The position numbers and the translations under genes were made by a program. The notes below the pieces were generated by a model that worked only from the letters and a program-made list of their open reading frames with translations, was not told where the DNA came from and searched no databases. From Planctomycetota bacterium (GTDB lineage Bacteria > Planctomycetota > UBA8108 > SXIK01), in the NCBI GenBank assembly GCA_965223845.1, contig CBDCXR010000004.1, positions 2,912,001 through 2,976,000 on the forward strand: a DNA stretch of 64,000 nucleotides. The letters are read 5' to 3'. Shown in pieces: positions 8,510-18,266 of this stretch. The first letter of the stretch is position 1. Each line of letters starts with the position of its first letter.

Positions 8510-11500
8510 CTACTCGACCGGCCCGTCCGAGGCAGATCGCACTTCCAGCCCCGACACGATCGCGACGTCGCGATCGGGTACGAAGCGGATATCGAGCGAA
8601 CCGTCCTCCACTTGAACCAGAAACTCGCGCTGCCTCGGCACGCCGAAGCCGGCACTCTCCAGCTCGTAGTCGTCGATCGATCGCGCCCCCTCGATGAAAA
8701 CGTCGAATCGCCTCGGCTCCCGAGTTCCGAGCACGATCTCCGCGAAGTGAAGGGTCACTCGATAACGTCCTCCTTTCACCGGAATGCGGTAGCCGGAGAA
8801 ATGCGCGCCGCCCGCGAACTGTCGCACCGATCGATGGAGCGCGATTCGATCCGAATCGTCGCCGGCGAGTTGCGGGCGCGCATACGTCTTGCCGCCGTGA
8901 AAGAACTGGTCCGCGGCCCATTTCGTGCCGCTCGACTCCTCGAAAGCCGCACCACCCGAGTTCAGGCGGAATGGCACATCGACGTGCCTGCCGGACGAGG
9001 ATTCACCGTGACTCCGATCGGGAGCACGATCCCGTTCGAGTCCGAGACGTTCGACGAGGTAGGCCGGAGCGTCGGGAAGACGGAGCGCCTCGCGAAGGAC
9101 GTCCGACGCCTCGGCCTCGCGCCCCGACACGCGGAGCGCCTCGCCCAGGACGGAGAGAACACTCGGATCGGACCGCGCCGTGGCGTCGACCGCCGCCGCA
9201 GCACTCGCGAGCGCGCCGGAGACGTCGTTCGGGCTTCGTCCGAAGAGCCGGGACGCCGCGAGCATGGCGAGAGCCGCCGGCTCCGTCGAGCGTGGCGCGG
9301 CGCCGTCACCGCGGTGAGATCGCAAGCCCGCGCCCAGTCGGTCCCACTCCGCCTCGAATCGGCCGTCTCTGCCGAGACGATGCTGGAGCGAGGCGAGTCG
9401 CGGCAGCAGCCAGCCGCGCGCGCGATTCTCAAGGACCGCGTCGACCCCGGTGGAAAACGCCTCGGCATAGCGACCCAGTCGCTCGAGCGCCCAGACCAAG
9501 TCGGCGACGGCTCGGTCGTAACTCGGATCGAGCTCCACCGCGCGGCGAAGGGATCGCAGGCCGGCATCGCTCTCGCCGAGGCGAAGTTGAAGAAGGCCGA
9601 GCTCGCGATGGGCTCCGGCGTCCGTCGCATCGAGCTCGACCGCGGCGAGCAGCGAATTAGCTGCTTCGGCCGGGCTGCCGTTCGCCGCCAGCGCCTGAGC
9701 CAATACCCGGTACGTCGACGTCCGGGGATCCGATGCGACGGACTCGCGAGCAACCTCGATCGCTTGATCGAACTGCCCTCGAGCGAGAAGGAGCCGACTC
9801 AGCTCGTAGCGCAGACGAAGGGATCGATGACGAGGATTTCCGCCCGCGATCTTCGCCGCAGCGCGGTACGTGTCCACCGCTTCGCGGAATCTCCCCCGGC
9901 GCTTGAAATGCCGAGCCAGGTGGAAGATCCACCGCGGTTCTTCGGGGCTCACCGCGATCGCGCGCTCAAAGTAATCCTCCGCGCGCGTCCAATCACCCTC
10001 CATCTCGTAGGCTGCCCCTAAGAGGCAGAGGGTCGCATCTCGACCCGGATTGAGCTCGTCTGCACGGTGAATGATCGTGAGGGCGTCTCGAATGCCCCCC
10101 CCCGACTTCGCGACCTTGAGCAGCGCCGCGCCCAGAGAATGGTGCAGTCGCGCATTGTCGGGAAATCGTGCGATTCCTTCGCGCCCGACGCGCACGGCCT
10201 CGTCGTAACGTCCGAGGAGATAGTTAAAGCTGGTCCGCAGCGCGAAGCTGAGTGACGCGTCGGTGCTCTTTCCGATCCATCGGAGTCCCTCTTCGTACTC
10301 GCGGTGAAACTTGTAGAACCCCGTCACCCAAGTGACGATCTCGTTCCGGAACTTCGGTTGGTGCTCGAACGCCTCTCCGAAGGTCCGGGCCGTTTCTTTC
10401 GGCTCCCCCTTCTCGAAGTAAGCCATCCCGAGGAGCAGCCTCGGTTCGACCGCGTCGGGCCAAATCGTAGTCGCCGCGATGAGCATCTCGACGGCTTCGG
10501 AAAGGCGGTCCGATTTCAGCAGTGCCGAGGCACCGCCGAGATAAAACTCGATGTCCGCCCCGAGGAACGGCTCCCCTTCGCTCTTCGAAACGTCGATGAG
10601 GCGCTTGTACGCGCTCGCGGCAACCGGCCAGTCCGACGCGCGGCTCGCTTGATAGGCCTCGAGCCAGAGCTCGCCCCATGCCGAGGCAGTTTTGGCCAAA
10701 GACGCCCGGGAGCGACCGAGCTCGACGTCGCGCAGAATTCGTGCGGGGACGAGACCGGAATCGAGCCGGAGTGCCTCGTCGAGGTCCTCGAGGGCCGCAT
10801 CTCCCCGACCTAAAAGACGAAGCCCGCGCGCCCGATGGAGGAACGCCTCCGCCCGTCGCGGATCGACGGCGATCGCATCACCGAGGCGCTTCAGCGCATC
10901 TTCGAGGGGAAGCAATCCCTCGCTCGGGAGAAGCGCGCTGCGCCAAACCCGTTCGGCGGACTGCCGCGGCGACGAGTTCGTTTCACTGTGGGCTCGCACC
11001 GTCTCGCCCGTCCACGCGTCGAGCGCCATCGCTCCGAGATGGAGCTGCATGACGGCTTCCTCGACTTCACTTCGGTACCTCCGTGCGGTTTCGAGCTCGC
11101 GCGAACTGCGATAGTTCCAGACCAGCAGACTCGAAGTGACGGCCAAGAGGACGATCGATGCCGAAAGCACGAGCTGCCGCCGGTTCTGCCAGGCACGACG
11201 TAGAATCGACTCCCACGCCGGGGGCACTCTCGCCTCGATGGGGTCTCCTCGAGAGAACCGTCTCAAGTCTTGGCCTAGCGCCTCCGCCGTTCGGTAGCGG
11301 TCGCTCGCGCTCTTCGCCATGCACCGCAGGACGATGGTCTCGAGGTCTTTGGGGACTCGAGGACTGATCGAGCGAATTCGCCGCGCGTCACGAGTGATCA
11401 CTTGGCTGAGAGTGTCCGCGTGGTCCTTCCCGCGAAACGGTGGCTCGCCCGTGAACGTTTCGTACATGGTCGCGCCGAGAGAATAGATATCGGTGCGGTG

Positions 11501-12325
11501 GTCGATCGGAATCCTTCGGCGCCGCGCCTGCTCCGGGCTCATGTACTGGGGAGTCCCGACGAAGTCGCCCGACTGCGTGAGCGACTCTTGGCCTTCGAGC
11601 CGTGCGAGTCCGAAGTCGAGGATTCGCAAGCGTTGCTGCGCGTCGAGAATCAGGTTCGACGGCTTGATATCGCGGTGGATAACACCCTTTCCGTGCGCGT
11701 GCTGCAGGCCGTCGGCAACCTCCGCGAAGATTCGAGCCAGACTGCCGAAATAAGAGACGTCGTCCTTTCTCCCAAAGGTCGTGACGCTCTCCGGATCTGC
11801 CTCCCTCAATCGCTCGAGGACGCGCGCCAAGGTCTCGCCCTCGACGTATTCCATCGCGAAGTAGGGAGTGTGTTCCTTGAGACCGACGCCGTACACGGGG
11901 ACGACGTTCGGGTGACTCAGCTTTCCCGCAGTCCGCGCCTCGCGCATGAATCGGCTGAACGCTTTGTCGTCCGCGGCTACGCCGGCAGGGAGGACCTTGA
12001 GGGCGACGGCGCGATCCATCGAGTTTTCCCATGCCTCGTACACGACTCCCATACCGCCGCGACCGAGTGGGCGCTGAAGGACGTAGTCTCCGAGAGTGCC
12101 CAGCGAGCGATGCGGCGTACCGCCTCCCAGCGCGCCATCGAAAACTCGGAGTTGGTCGACGAGGTCATCGGCAAGATGCGGATAGTCGCGCCGTACGTCC
12201 TCCACGCGGATCGCTTCGCCTGCGGTGAGCCTCTCGACGTACTCGGCGAAAACCATCTCGAGCTCGGAAAGTCCGTCGCTCGATCCTCCCGAGATGCCGT
12301 CGAACGGATCGGAATCATCGAACAT
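8510..12325 (-). CDS. Hanks-type Ser/Thr protein kinase with TM helix, TPR repeats and C-terminal malectin domain
   Basis: GRGGMGVVY, VALK, HRDIKPSN, DFG, GTPQYMSPE; TM LVLSASIVLLAVTSSLLVW; many TPRs; malectin motifs FRLNSGG...WAADQFF...YRVTLHFAEI...RRFDVFIEG...AIVSGLEV. Confidence 0.92.
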   Translation of the reverse strand: MFDDSDPFDGISGGSSDGLSELEMVFAEYVERLTAGEAIRVEDVRRDYPHLADDLVDQLRVFDGALGGGTPHRSLGTLGDYVLQRPLGRGGMGVVYEAWENSMDRAVALKVLPAGVAADDKAFSRFMREARTAGKLSHPNVVPVYGVGLKEHTPYFAMEYVEGETLARVLERLREADPESVTTFGRKDDVSYFGSLARIFAEVADGLQHAHGKGVIHRDIKPSNLILDAQQRLRILDFGLARLEGQESLTQSGDFVGTPQYMSPEQARRRRIPIDHRTDIYSLGATMYETFTGEPPFRGKDHADTLSQVITRDARRIRSISPRVPKDLETIVLRCMAKSASDRYRTAEALGQDLRRFSRGDPIEARVPPAWESILRRAWQNRRQLVLSASIVLLAVTSSLLVWNYRSSRELETARRYRSEVEEAVMQLHLGAMALDAWTGETVRAHSETNSSPRQSAERVWRSALLPSEGLLPLEDALKRLGDAIAVDPRRAEAFLHRARGLRLLGRGDAALEDLDEALRLDSGLVPARILRDVELGRSRASLAKTASAWGELWLEAYQASRASDWPVAASAYKRLIDVSKSEGEPFLGADIEFYLGGASALLKSDRLSEAVEMLIAATTIWPDAVEPRLLLGMAYFEKGEPKETARTFGEAFEHQPKFRNEIVTWVTGFYKFHREYEEGLRWIGKSTDASLSFALRTSFNYLLGRYDEAVRVGREGIARFPDNARLHHSLGAALLKVAKSGGGIRDALTIIHRADELNPGRDATLCLLGAAYEMEGDWTRAEDYFERAIAVSPEEPRWIFHLARHFKRRGRFREAVDTYRAAAKIAGGNPRHRSLRLRYELSRLLLARGQFDQAIEVARESVASDPRTSTYRVLAQALAANGSPAEAANSLLAAVELDATDAGAHRELGLLQLRLGESDAGLRSLRRAVELDPSYDRAVADLVWALERLGRYAEAFSTGVDAVLENRARGWLLPRLASLQHRLGRDGRFEAEWDRLGAGLRSHRGDGAAPRSTEPAALAMLAASRLFGRSPNDVSGALASAAAAVDATARSDPSVLSVLGEALRVSGREAEASDVLREALRLPDAPAYLVERLGLERDRAPDRSHGESSSGRHVDVPFRLNSGGAAFEESSGTKWAADQFFHGGKTYARPQLAGDDSDRIALHRSVRQFAGGAHFSGYRIPVKGGRYRVTLHFAEIVLGTREPRRFDVFIEGARSIDDYELESAGFGVPRQREFLVQVEDGSLDIRFVPDRDVAIVSGLEVRSASDGPVE

Positions 12326-12935
12326 CTTGTTTCTCCGCGCCTTCGAGCCTGCGATCGGGAAGAGTGAGACTCTCGGTATCTCCGAACGCGCTCTTCAGCT
12401 GCTTGAGCGCCCGGTAGAGGAGCTGCTTCACCGCGTCCGGTGAGCGCCCCATCCGCCGCGCGACCGCGCTAAAGGACAGGCCGTCTACGCGGGTGAGGAG
12501 AATGACTTGCCGGTGGTCGGGGTCGAGCCGAGCGAGGGATTCCTCCAGTCGATCGAAACGCTCGCCCCGCCTGAGCTCGCTGCTCGGCGAAACGAGTTCG
12601 TCGGGAACATCCTCCTCGAGTGGCGCCCGACGCTCGCGCGCCGCTCGTCGCGCCGACTCGAGAACGACGTTTTCGGCGATCTTGCCGACCCAGCGAAAGA
12701 GGGAGTCTTCCCCGCGCCACTCGAAGCGCTGAATCGACCGAAAGCTGCGAAGGAGCGTTTCCTGGTACACGTCGTCGAACTCGATTCCGAGGGCTAGATA
12801 CGCATTCACCCGCGAAGCCACGACACCTCGGAAACGGCTCGCCTCCGTCCGCACGAGAAGTTCGAACGACTCGCGGTTTCCCGACTGAGCGGACGTCACG
12901 AGCGTTCGGATGTCTTGGGGGGCTTCCATTTGCAT
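12315..12935 (-). CDS. ECF RNA polymerase sigma-70 factor
   Basis: Region 2 (DDVYQETLLRSF...LFRWVGKIAEN) and region 4 (LDPDHRQVILL...LSFSAVARRMGRSPDAVKQLLYRA). Overlaps the kinase start by 11 nt. Confidence 0.92.
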   Translation of the reverse strand: MQMEAPQDIRTLVTSAQSGNRESFELLVRTEASRFRGVVASRVNAYLALGIEFDDVYQETLLRSFRSIQRFEWRGEDSLFRWVGKIAENVVLESARRAARERRAPLEEDVPDELVSPSSELRRGERFDRLEESLARLDPDHRQVILLTRVDGLSFSAVARRMGRSPDAVKQLLYRALKQLKSAFGDTESLTLPDRRLEGAEKQDVR

Positions 12936-12977
12936 CGCGCGTGGACTAGCTCGCCTCGAGATACGTCCGGTGAAGGT

Positions 12978-14387
12978 TCAGTTCGGCGCGGCTTCGAATC
13001 CGCCGCACGCCGGTTGGCTCTCGCACGAGAGCGAATCTCGCGTGGGATCGCGGCCACACGCCGCTGCACCCGGTGCAGGCACCACGCGGCCGTCGAGAAA
13101 GAGCCAGTTGAGGGCGAAGATCGGATCGGAGAGCGTCACTCGTCCGTCGTCGTCGACGTCCGCAGCGTCTCTGCAGCCCGGTTCGTCTCCGTCCAGAAAC
13201 AACCAATTGAGCGTGTACAACGAATCGGAAAGAACGACCTGTCCGTCGCCGTCGGAATCCCCGCGCCGGAAGAGCGGTGAAGCGTCCGGGCGCTCGGTGA
13301 GCTTGGCGAGGTACTGCTCGGAGCGCGGGCCGCTCGTCCCGAAGACGACGTAGTCGCCGGCAGAAGTGAGCGCGAGAGATGGACTGCGGTCGACCTTCTC
13401 CGTGCCGAACACTTTCTCCCAGACGAGCTCACCCGCGGGATCCGTTCGGACCATGTAGAACTCCGTCGTGTCGAGTTCGCGAAAAATCGTCCATCCGACC
13501 GCCACGACCCCGCCGTCGGGAGCCGGGACGACCGAGCAGCCGCGAGCAGTTCCTGCTCCGGCGAACAACTTCTCCCAGACGACGTCGCCCCACTCCGGGC
13601 CGGTCCGGAGAACGAACATCGCTTCCGAAGCCGCAAATCCGACGACGACGAATCCGCCGTCCGGCATCTCCCGCACCGCCTTGCCGACGAATGGACGCCC
13701 TCGAGGGAACGTGGTCTCGCGCAGGAGCTCCCCCTCGCCGCTGACGAGGACAAGGTAAACACTGTCCCCGCGAGTGCCCGCGAGAATCAGATTCCCGTCG
13801 CGCGTCTCCTGGACCGAATTGACGGTGGAGTCCTCGTCGCCATCGTAGACCTCCTCCCAATGAAGGTCGCCGTCGCCGTCTGTCTTGGCGAGATAAGCGC
13901 GCCGATCCCGCGGACCATCGATCGCCGTCCGCCCGGCGACGACGTAGCCGCCGTCCGAAGTTTCGACCACGTCGAAGCCGGCGGTTTCCGCCTCCCGTTC
14001 GCCGATCCACTCCCACAGGAGCTCGCCGTCGCCGTCCGTCTTGAAGAGCCGCACGGCCAGCAGATCGTCCGCGCGGGGGATCGAGCCGCCGACAATAAAG
14101 CCGCCATCCGCGGTCTCGCGGACTCCCGATCCGGGGTAGAGCGGACCGTCGTAAGTCTTGGCCCAGACAATGTTCCCTTCGGAGTCCGTCCGAATTAGCC
14201 GCTCGCCGACGGCGATGAAACCCCCGTTCGTCGTGGGCTGCACGGTACCGTCGCCGTGGGAGATCCCGGGGCCGAGCCAGCGCTCCCATTCGACCTCCGG
14301 CGGCTCGGCCCCTCGAGCGGGTCCGCCGACGGTGACGAACGAGAGAACAGAGATCAGCCCGATCGAGTACGACCCGTGGCGAAACAT
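12978..14387 (-). CDS. Secreted beta-propeller-like repeat protein with dockerin-like tail
   Basis: Signal peptide; repeated T.DGG(F/Y)..G...KTD.DG.L.W motifs; C-terminal FRRGDSDGDGQVVLSD...DAADVDDDGRVTLSD...CGRDPT. Confidence 0.75.
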   Translation of the reverse strand: MFRHGSYSIGLISVLSFVTVGGPARGAEPPEVEWERWLGPGISHGDGTVQPTTNGGFIAVGERLIRTDSEGNIVWAKTYDGPLYPGSGVRETADGGFIVGGSIPRADDLLAVRLFKTDGDGELLWEWIGEREAETAGFDVVETSDGGYVVAGRTAIDGPRDRRAYLAKTDGDGDLHWEEVYDGDEDSTVNSVQETRDGNLILAGTRGDSVYLVLVSGEGELLRETTFPRGRPFVGKAVREMPDGGFVVVGFAASEAMFVLRTGPEWGDVVWEKLFAGAGTARGCSVVPAPDGGVVAVGWTIFRELDTTEFYMVRTDPAGELVWEKVFGTEKVDRSPSLALTSAGDYVVFGTSGPRSEQYLAKLTERPDASPLFRRGDSDGDGQVVLSDSLYTLNWLFLDGDEPGCRDAADVDDDGRVTLSDPIFALNWLFLDGRVVPAPGAAACGRDPTRDSLSCESQPACGGFEAAPN

Positions 14388-14596
14388 CGAGTGCCTCCCC
14401 CTCCCGGCGGCCGGAATCCCTTCGAACGTCGCGGAGCCGGGGAACCGGCTCGGCCGAAGACGCCGGAGCTCGCGAGAGCTCCGTCACGCATCATCGTCAT
14501 GACGACGGCGGCCCGCGGGGAACGAGAAATCTCTTCGCGAACTGCCCGAAGAGCGGGCGGCGCGCTCCGATTCGGCGGCCGGTCGAGTCACCCAAT

Positions 14597-14643
14597 AAAA
14601 AAACGTCCCGCGATCGGGCGATGGATCGCTCGATCGCGGGACG
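14597..14643 (-). terminator. Rho-independent terminator of the TlpA-like gene
   Basis: Hairpin CGTCCCGCGATCGGGCGAT / ATCGCTCGATCGCGGGACG (14604-14643) followed on the minus strand by a run of 7 T. Confidence 0.8.
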
Positions 14644-14682
14644 CAGCTCACCGGAGCCGGCGGCGTCGGATCGCCTCGGCGG

Positions 14683-16074
14683 CTACTCTTCGAGGAGCCG
14701 CTTCAGCTCGTTCTCGAGCTCTTCGAGCCCGACGCCGATCTTGTGGTACCGGACGTTTCCACTCTTATCGACGAGGAACGTGGTCGGATAGAACCGGACG
14801 CCGAACGCCGCGGCCTCGTCGGCGCCGCCCATGAGCACGGTTTGCTTGAGCTCCTTCTCCTTGACGAACTTCTCGACGACGGGTTTCGGATTCTCCCACG
14901 TGTGCACCGCGACGACTTCAACTCCCTTAGCCCGGTACTTTTCCCCAAGCTTGCTGAGGTGCGGAGCCTCCGCACGACAAGGTCCTCACCCGTAGCCCCA
15001 GAAGTTGAGGATGCTCACCTTGCCCTTTCGCTTGGCGGCGAAGTCGTAGTCGTGGCCCGCGAGGTCGGGAAGCTGGATCGCCGGAGCGGCGCGACCGAGG
15101 ACTTTCTTGAGCGCAGCCCCCTCGGCCGACGATTCGTAGAGTTGCGCGTAGGCGCGGACGCGACTCTCGAACGCCGCGGCGAGTGGTGCCACCGGCGTGT
15201 CCTCGGCCGACTTCGAGAACGTTTCGACGACCTTGGCGAGCTCGTCCGACGACGCGCTGCGGGTATCGAAGGAGGTTCCGATCGTCTCCGCCTTCGCGAG
15301 AAGCTCGGCCCACGCGGGAGCGGAATCCCCGGTGTAGGCGACCGAGCTCTTCGCGGCTAGCTTCAGCGTGCGATCGAGAACGACCGGATCGCCTCCGCCC
15401 GGCGAAAACTCGAAGCCGGCGTGATGCTCGATCGCGGCGATCACACCGTCCGTCCCGAGAACGTAACGCTCCGAGTATGCTCGGACGGTGGCTTCCTGAC
15501 CATTGAACGAGAAAACCGTATCCTTCCCGCCCGTAAGCTCGCGCGTGACAACGACCTGATCCCCGGACTTCTCGACCTTCGTCACGAGGTCGGCGGTCGC
15601 CCAGCCGACGTTCAAGACGTGGAGCGACTCGGTCGAGCGTGCGCTCGTCCCTTCGGCCGGAAGGGCCGCGAGCGGAAGCGCGAGCGGAAAAAACACGCCG
15701 AGCGTGTGGTTCTCGTCGCTCCCCGCGGTCTCGAAGTCGCGCGGCCCGTGGGGACGGAGCACGGTAGAGCCAGCCTTCCGGGACACCGTCCAATGTTCGA
15801 TCGCCCCCTGCCGGCCGTCCTCATCCTCGAGCACCCGCGCGGTGAGGAGCGGCGTCCGTTCGTTCGCAGAGCTCCCGGTGAGAAGCACCAGTGTCGCGTC
15901 GTACTCGACGTTGAGCTCGTTGTCGCCGTGTTTTTGCAGCAGGGTCGCCTTTCCGGCCAGGGTCGCGAGTCGGTCCGGCTTGAGCTCGAGCCCCGGCGCG
16001 GCACTCGTCGGCGAGGCGAGGAAGAGTGTGGCCACCACCGCGAGGGCGGCAGCGGCGGTCGACACCGGACGCAT
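14683..16074 (-). CDS. Exported TlpA/ResA-like thiol-disulfide oxidoreductase, predicted selenoprotein (UxxC, in-frame TGA at 14988-14986)
   Basis: ATG 16074 with RBS AAGGAG and signal peptide. APAIQLPDLAG...KGKVSILNFWGYG-TGA-GPCRAEAPHLSKLGEKYRAKGVEVVAV...FGVRFYPTTFLVDKSG is one continuous thioredoxin fold in a single frame (463 aa). Confidence 0.85.
14955..14988 (-). promoter_or_regulatory. Putative bacterial SECIS element
   Basis: TGA-GGACCTTGTC-GTGCGGA-GGC-TCCGCAC-CTCA: 7-bp upper stem with a G-starting apical loop 17 nt after UGA; TGAG can pair with CTCA as a lower stem. Confidence 0.7.
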
Positions 16075-16266
16075 AGCAGATTCTCCTTCTGGTAGAGTTC
16101 TCGGGGAAACGGGCTCGGCGGCGGCGAACGGCGCACCGACACACCAGCCCCGCAGTGTAACGGGAGAACGCGCGCGGCGGTAACTCGGTTCCCGCTCCGG
16201 CGCGGAAAACTGGTATCGTTCGGACGCGGACGACACGTTTGGATCCGTGCTGGCAAGGAGACCACA

Positions 16267-17043
16267 ATGAAGAGGGATGCGGCGGCCGAATTGGCCGGGA
16301 AGGTCGCACTCGTCACCGGCGGGAGCCGAGGGATCGGTCGAGCCATCGCTCAAGCCTTCCTCGAACGGGGTGCGAGCGTGGTCATCACGGGCCGTAAGCG
16401 CGAGTCGCTCGCCAGCGCTCAGGACGAGCTCCACGGGCTGGGTCTCCGGCAGATTCGGACGATCGAGGCGCACAGCGCCGACCCCGAGGCGATGGCGCGC
16501 GTCTTCGACGAAGCCGAGAGCGAGTTCGGAACGGTACAGGTCCTCGTGAACAACGCGGCGACGAATCCGGTGATGACTCCCCTCGCGGAAACCGACCTCA
16601 CGGTCGTCGACAAGATCCTCGCGACGAACGTGCGGGGATATCTGCTCGCGGCGCAGACCGCGGCCGGACGGCTGCGCGAGCACGGAAAGAGCGGGAGCAT
16701 CATCAACGTTTCGTCCGTGGCGTCCCGCCGGGGCTGGCCGGGTCTCGGCGCGTACAGCGTCAGCAAGGCGGCCGTCAACATGATGACGGAGGTCCTCGCG
16801 GCAGAGCTCGGTCCCGCCGGGATCCGCGTCAACGGGATCGCTCCCGGGCTCGTCAAGACGCGCTTCAGTCAGGCACTCTGGGGCGACGCGGCCGCAGCGG
16901 AAGGCGTGACGCAGCGACTCCCGCTCCGTCGACTGGGTGAGCCGACCGATATCGTCGGAGCTGCGGTCTTCCTCGCGTCGGACGCGTCCGCTTACATCAC
17001 CGGGCAGACTCTCGCCGTCGACGGCGGCATGCTCGTCGTGTGA
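16267..17043 (+). CDS. Short-chain dehydrogenase/reductase (SDR)
   Basis: TGGSRGIG, VNNAA, YSVSK (YxxxK), IRVNGIAPG, ITGQTLAVDGG. Confidence 0.93.
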   Translation: MKRDAAAELAGKVALVTGGSRGIGRAIAQAFLERGASVVITGRKRESLASAQDELHGLGLRQIRTIEAHSADPEAMARVFDEAESEFGTVQVLVNNAATNPVMTPLAETDLTVVDKILATNVRGYLLAAQTAAGRLREHGKSGSIINVSSVASRRGWPGLGAYSVSKAAVNMMTEVLAAELGPAGIRVNGIAPGLVKTRFSQALWGDAAAAEGVTQRLPLRRLGEPTDIVGAAVFLASDASAYITGQTLAVDGGMLVV

Positions 17044-17075
17044 CGCCGCGCGCAACCCCGGCCGGCCGAGCGACG

Positions 17076-18143
17076 TCACCAGTCGGGGCGAGTCGTTTTC
17101 AGCTCGACCGCGAGCTCCGGACGAAGCGCGGCACCACCGCCGACGAACACCGCCGCGGCTCCCGCGGCGAAGAACGGTCCTGCGTCCTCGGCGCGGAGGA
17201 CGCCTCCGACCGCGAGCGTCTGAACGTTCAAGCCGAGGCGCCGCGAGCACTCCACCGCGCCGCGAACATTGTCGAGCGCTGGCTCGCCGACCCCGCACCC
17301 GATGATCCCCGCGCGTTCGTGCCCCGGAAACGCGGGTAGACCGTCGGCCGTGTGCACCCGGCGCGCGACTCCGTTCACGATGACGACTCCGTCCGCGGCG
17401 CCGTCCACCGCACGGTAGAAAGCTTCGAGGCGCTTCGGATCCGCGAAGTGACCCGCCTTGATGAGGAGAGGCGTCGACGGGAGCGCGTCGCGAAGCGCAA
17501 GCGTGAGCAGTCCGCTCGACTCAGCGCTTTGGTAGATGCTCCCCTCCGCCGAGCAGACATTCGGACAGGAGTAGTTCGCCTCGACGATGTCCGCCCCCGC
17601 CGCCGCGGCTCGTCGCGCACAGTCGACGTAGTCCGCGACGAGTGCATCGAATCCGCCGTCACCGGGGGTGCCGACGACGCTCACGATGAGGACTTGGCCC
17701 GCACCGAGAGCCGCCTTCGCTCGCCCGACGTCTCGCGCCCACTCTTCGGGTGGCATCGACGGCATCCCGAAGCACACCGACGACGTTGTCCGAAGCGGAT
17801 CGCGAGGCGCGCGAGCGCTCACGACGAGCGGGACGTCCGCATCCGCGGCTCCGAGCCCCTCGGGAGGGAGGTCGACGTATACCCAGTTCGGCAGCGGATA
17901 ACAGGGCCGAGCCGCGCTCCGCACCGATTTGTATGTGAGGAGGTCGAATCCCCAACGAGCGTAACGCTCCACCCAGCGCGAGTTGAGGAGGATGCCCGCG
18001 GCGATCCCGAATCGGGAGGCGACCGAGAACCCGAAAAAGTCCTTTCGCGGCGTCTCCGGGACAGAGGGCGCCTCATCGGGAAGCTGCGGTCCGTTCTTGT
18101 AGTTCCAGAGGTAGCTGCGATCTCGCCGGTAGGAATTGGGCAT
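17076..18143 (-). CDS. Dihydroorotate dehydrogenase-like FMN TIM-barrel protein
   Basis: GIAAG, TYKSV, EANYSCPN catalytic loop, PLLIK, AVGGV...AGA. Confidence 0.7.
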   Translation of the reverse strand: MPNSYRRDRSYLWNYKNGPQLPDEAPSVPETPRKDFFGFSVASRFGIAAGILLNSRWVERYARWGFDLLTYKSVRSAARPCYPLPNWVYVDLPPEGLGAADADVPLVVSARAPRDPLRTTSSVCFGMPSMPPEEWARDVGRAKAALGAGQVLIVSVVGTPGDGGFDALVADYVDCARRAAAAGADIVEANYSCPNVCSAEGSIYQSAESSGLLTLALRDALPSTPLLIKAGHFADPKRLEAFYRAVDGAADGVVIVNGVARRVHTADGLPAFPGHERAGIIGCGVGEPALDNVRGAVECSRRLGLNVQTLAVGGVLRAEDAGPFFAAGAAAVFVGGGAALRPELAVELKTTRPDW

Positions 18144-18179
18144 CGAGCTGGGAGCTACGCGGCGGGTTCGGGCGTTTCG

Positions 18180-18266
18180 GTACTCGCTCCCGTTCCCTCT
18201 CGAGTCCTCCCCCCGCAGGGTTCGGGGACAGGGAATGGGAACGGGAACAGGTACTGGTACGGGAAC
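18180..18266. repeat. Hexamer-based inverted repeat (REP-like)
   Basis: Right arm ggggac-agggaa-tgggaa-cgggaa-caggta-ctggta-cgggaa; complementary left arm gtactc-gctccc-gttccc. Intergenic. Confidence 0.45.

Noticed and set aside
14986-14988. Pseudogene (nonsense mutation) interpretation of the TGA
   Set aside because: The stop falls precisely on the catalytic Cys position, is followed by a SECIS-like hairpin, and the downstream frame shows no decay. Not formally excluded without seeing sel genes.
16075-17298. 5' extension of the 770-aa ORF 14986-17298
   Set aside because: Antisense shadow of the SDR gene; the real start is ATG 16074 with RBS and signal peptide.
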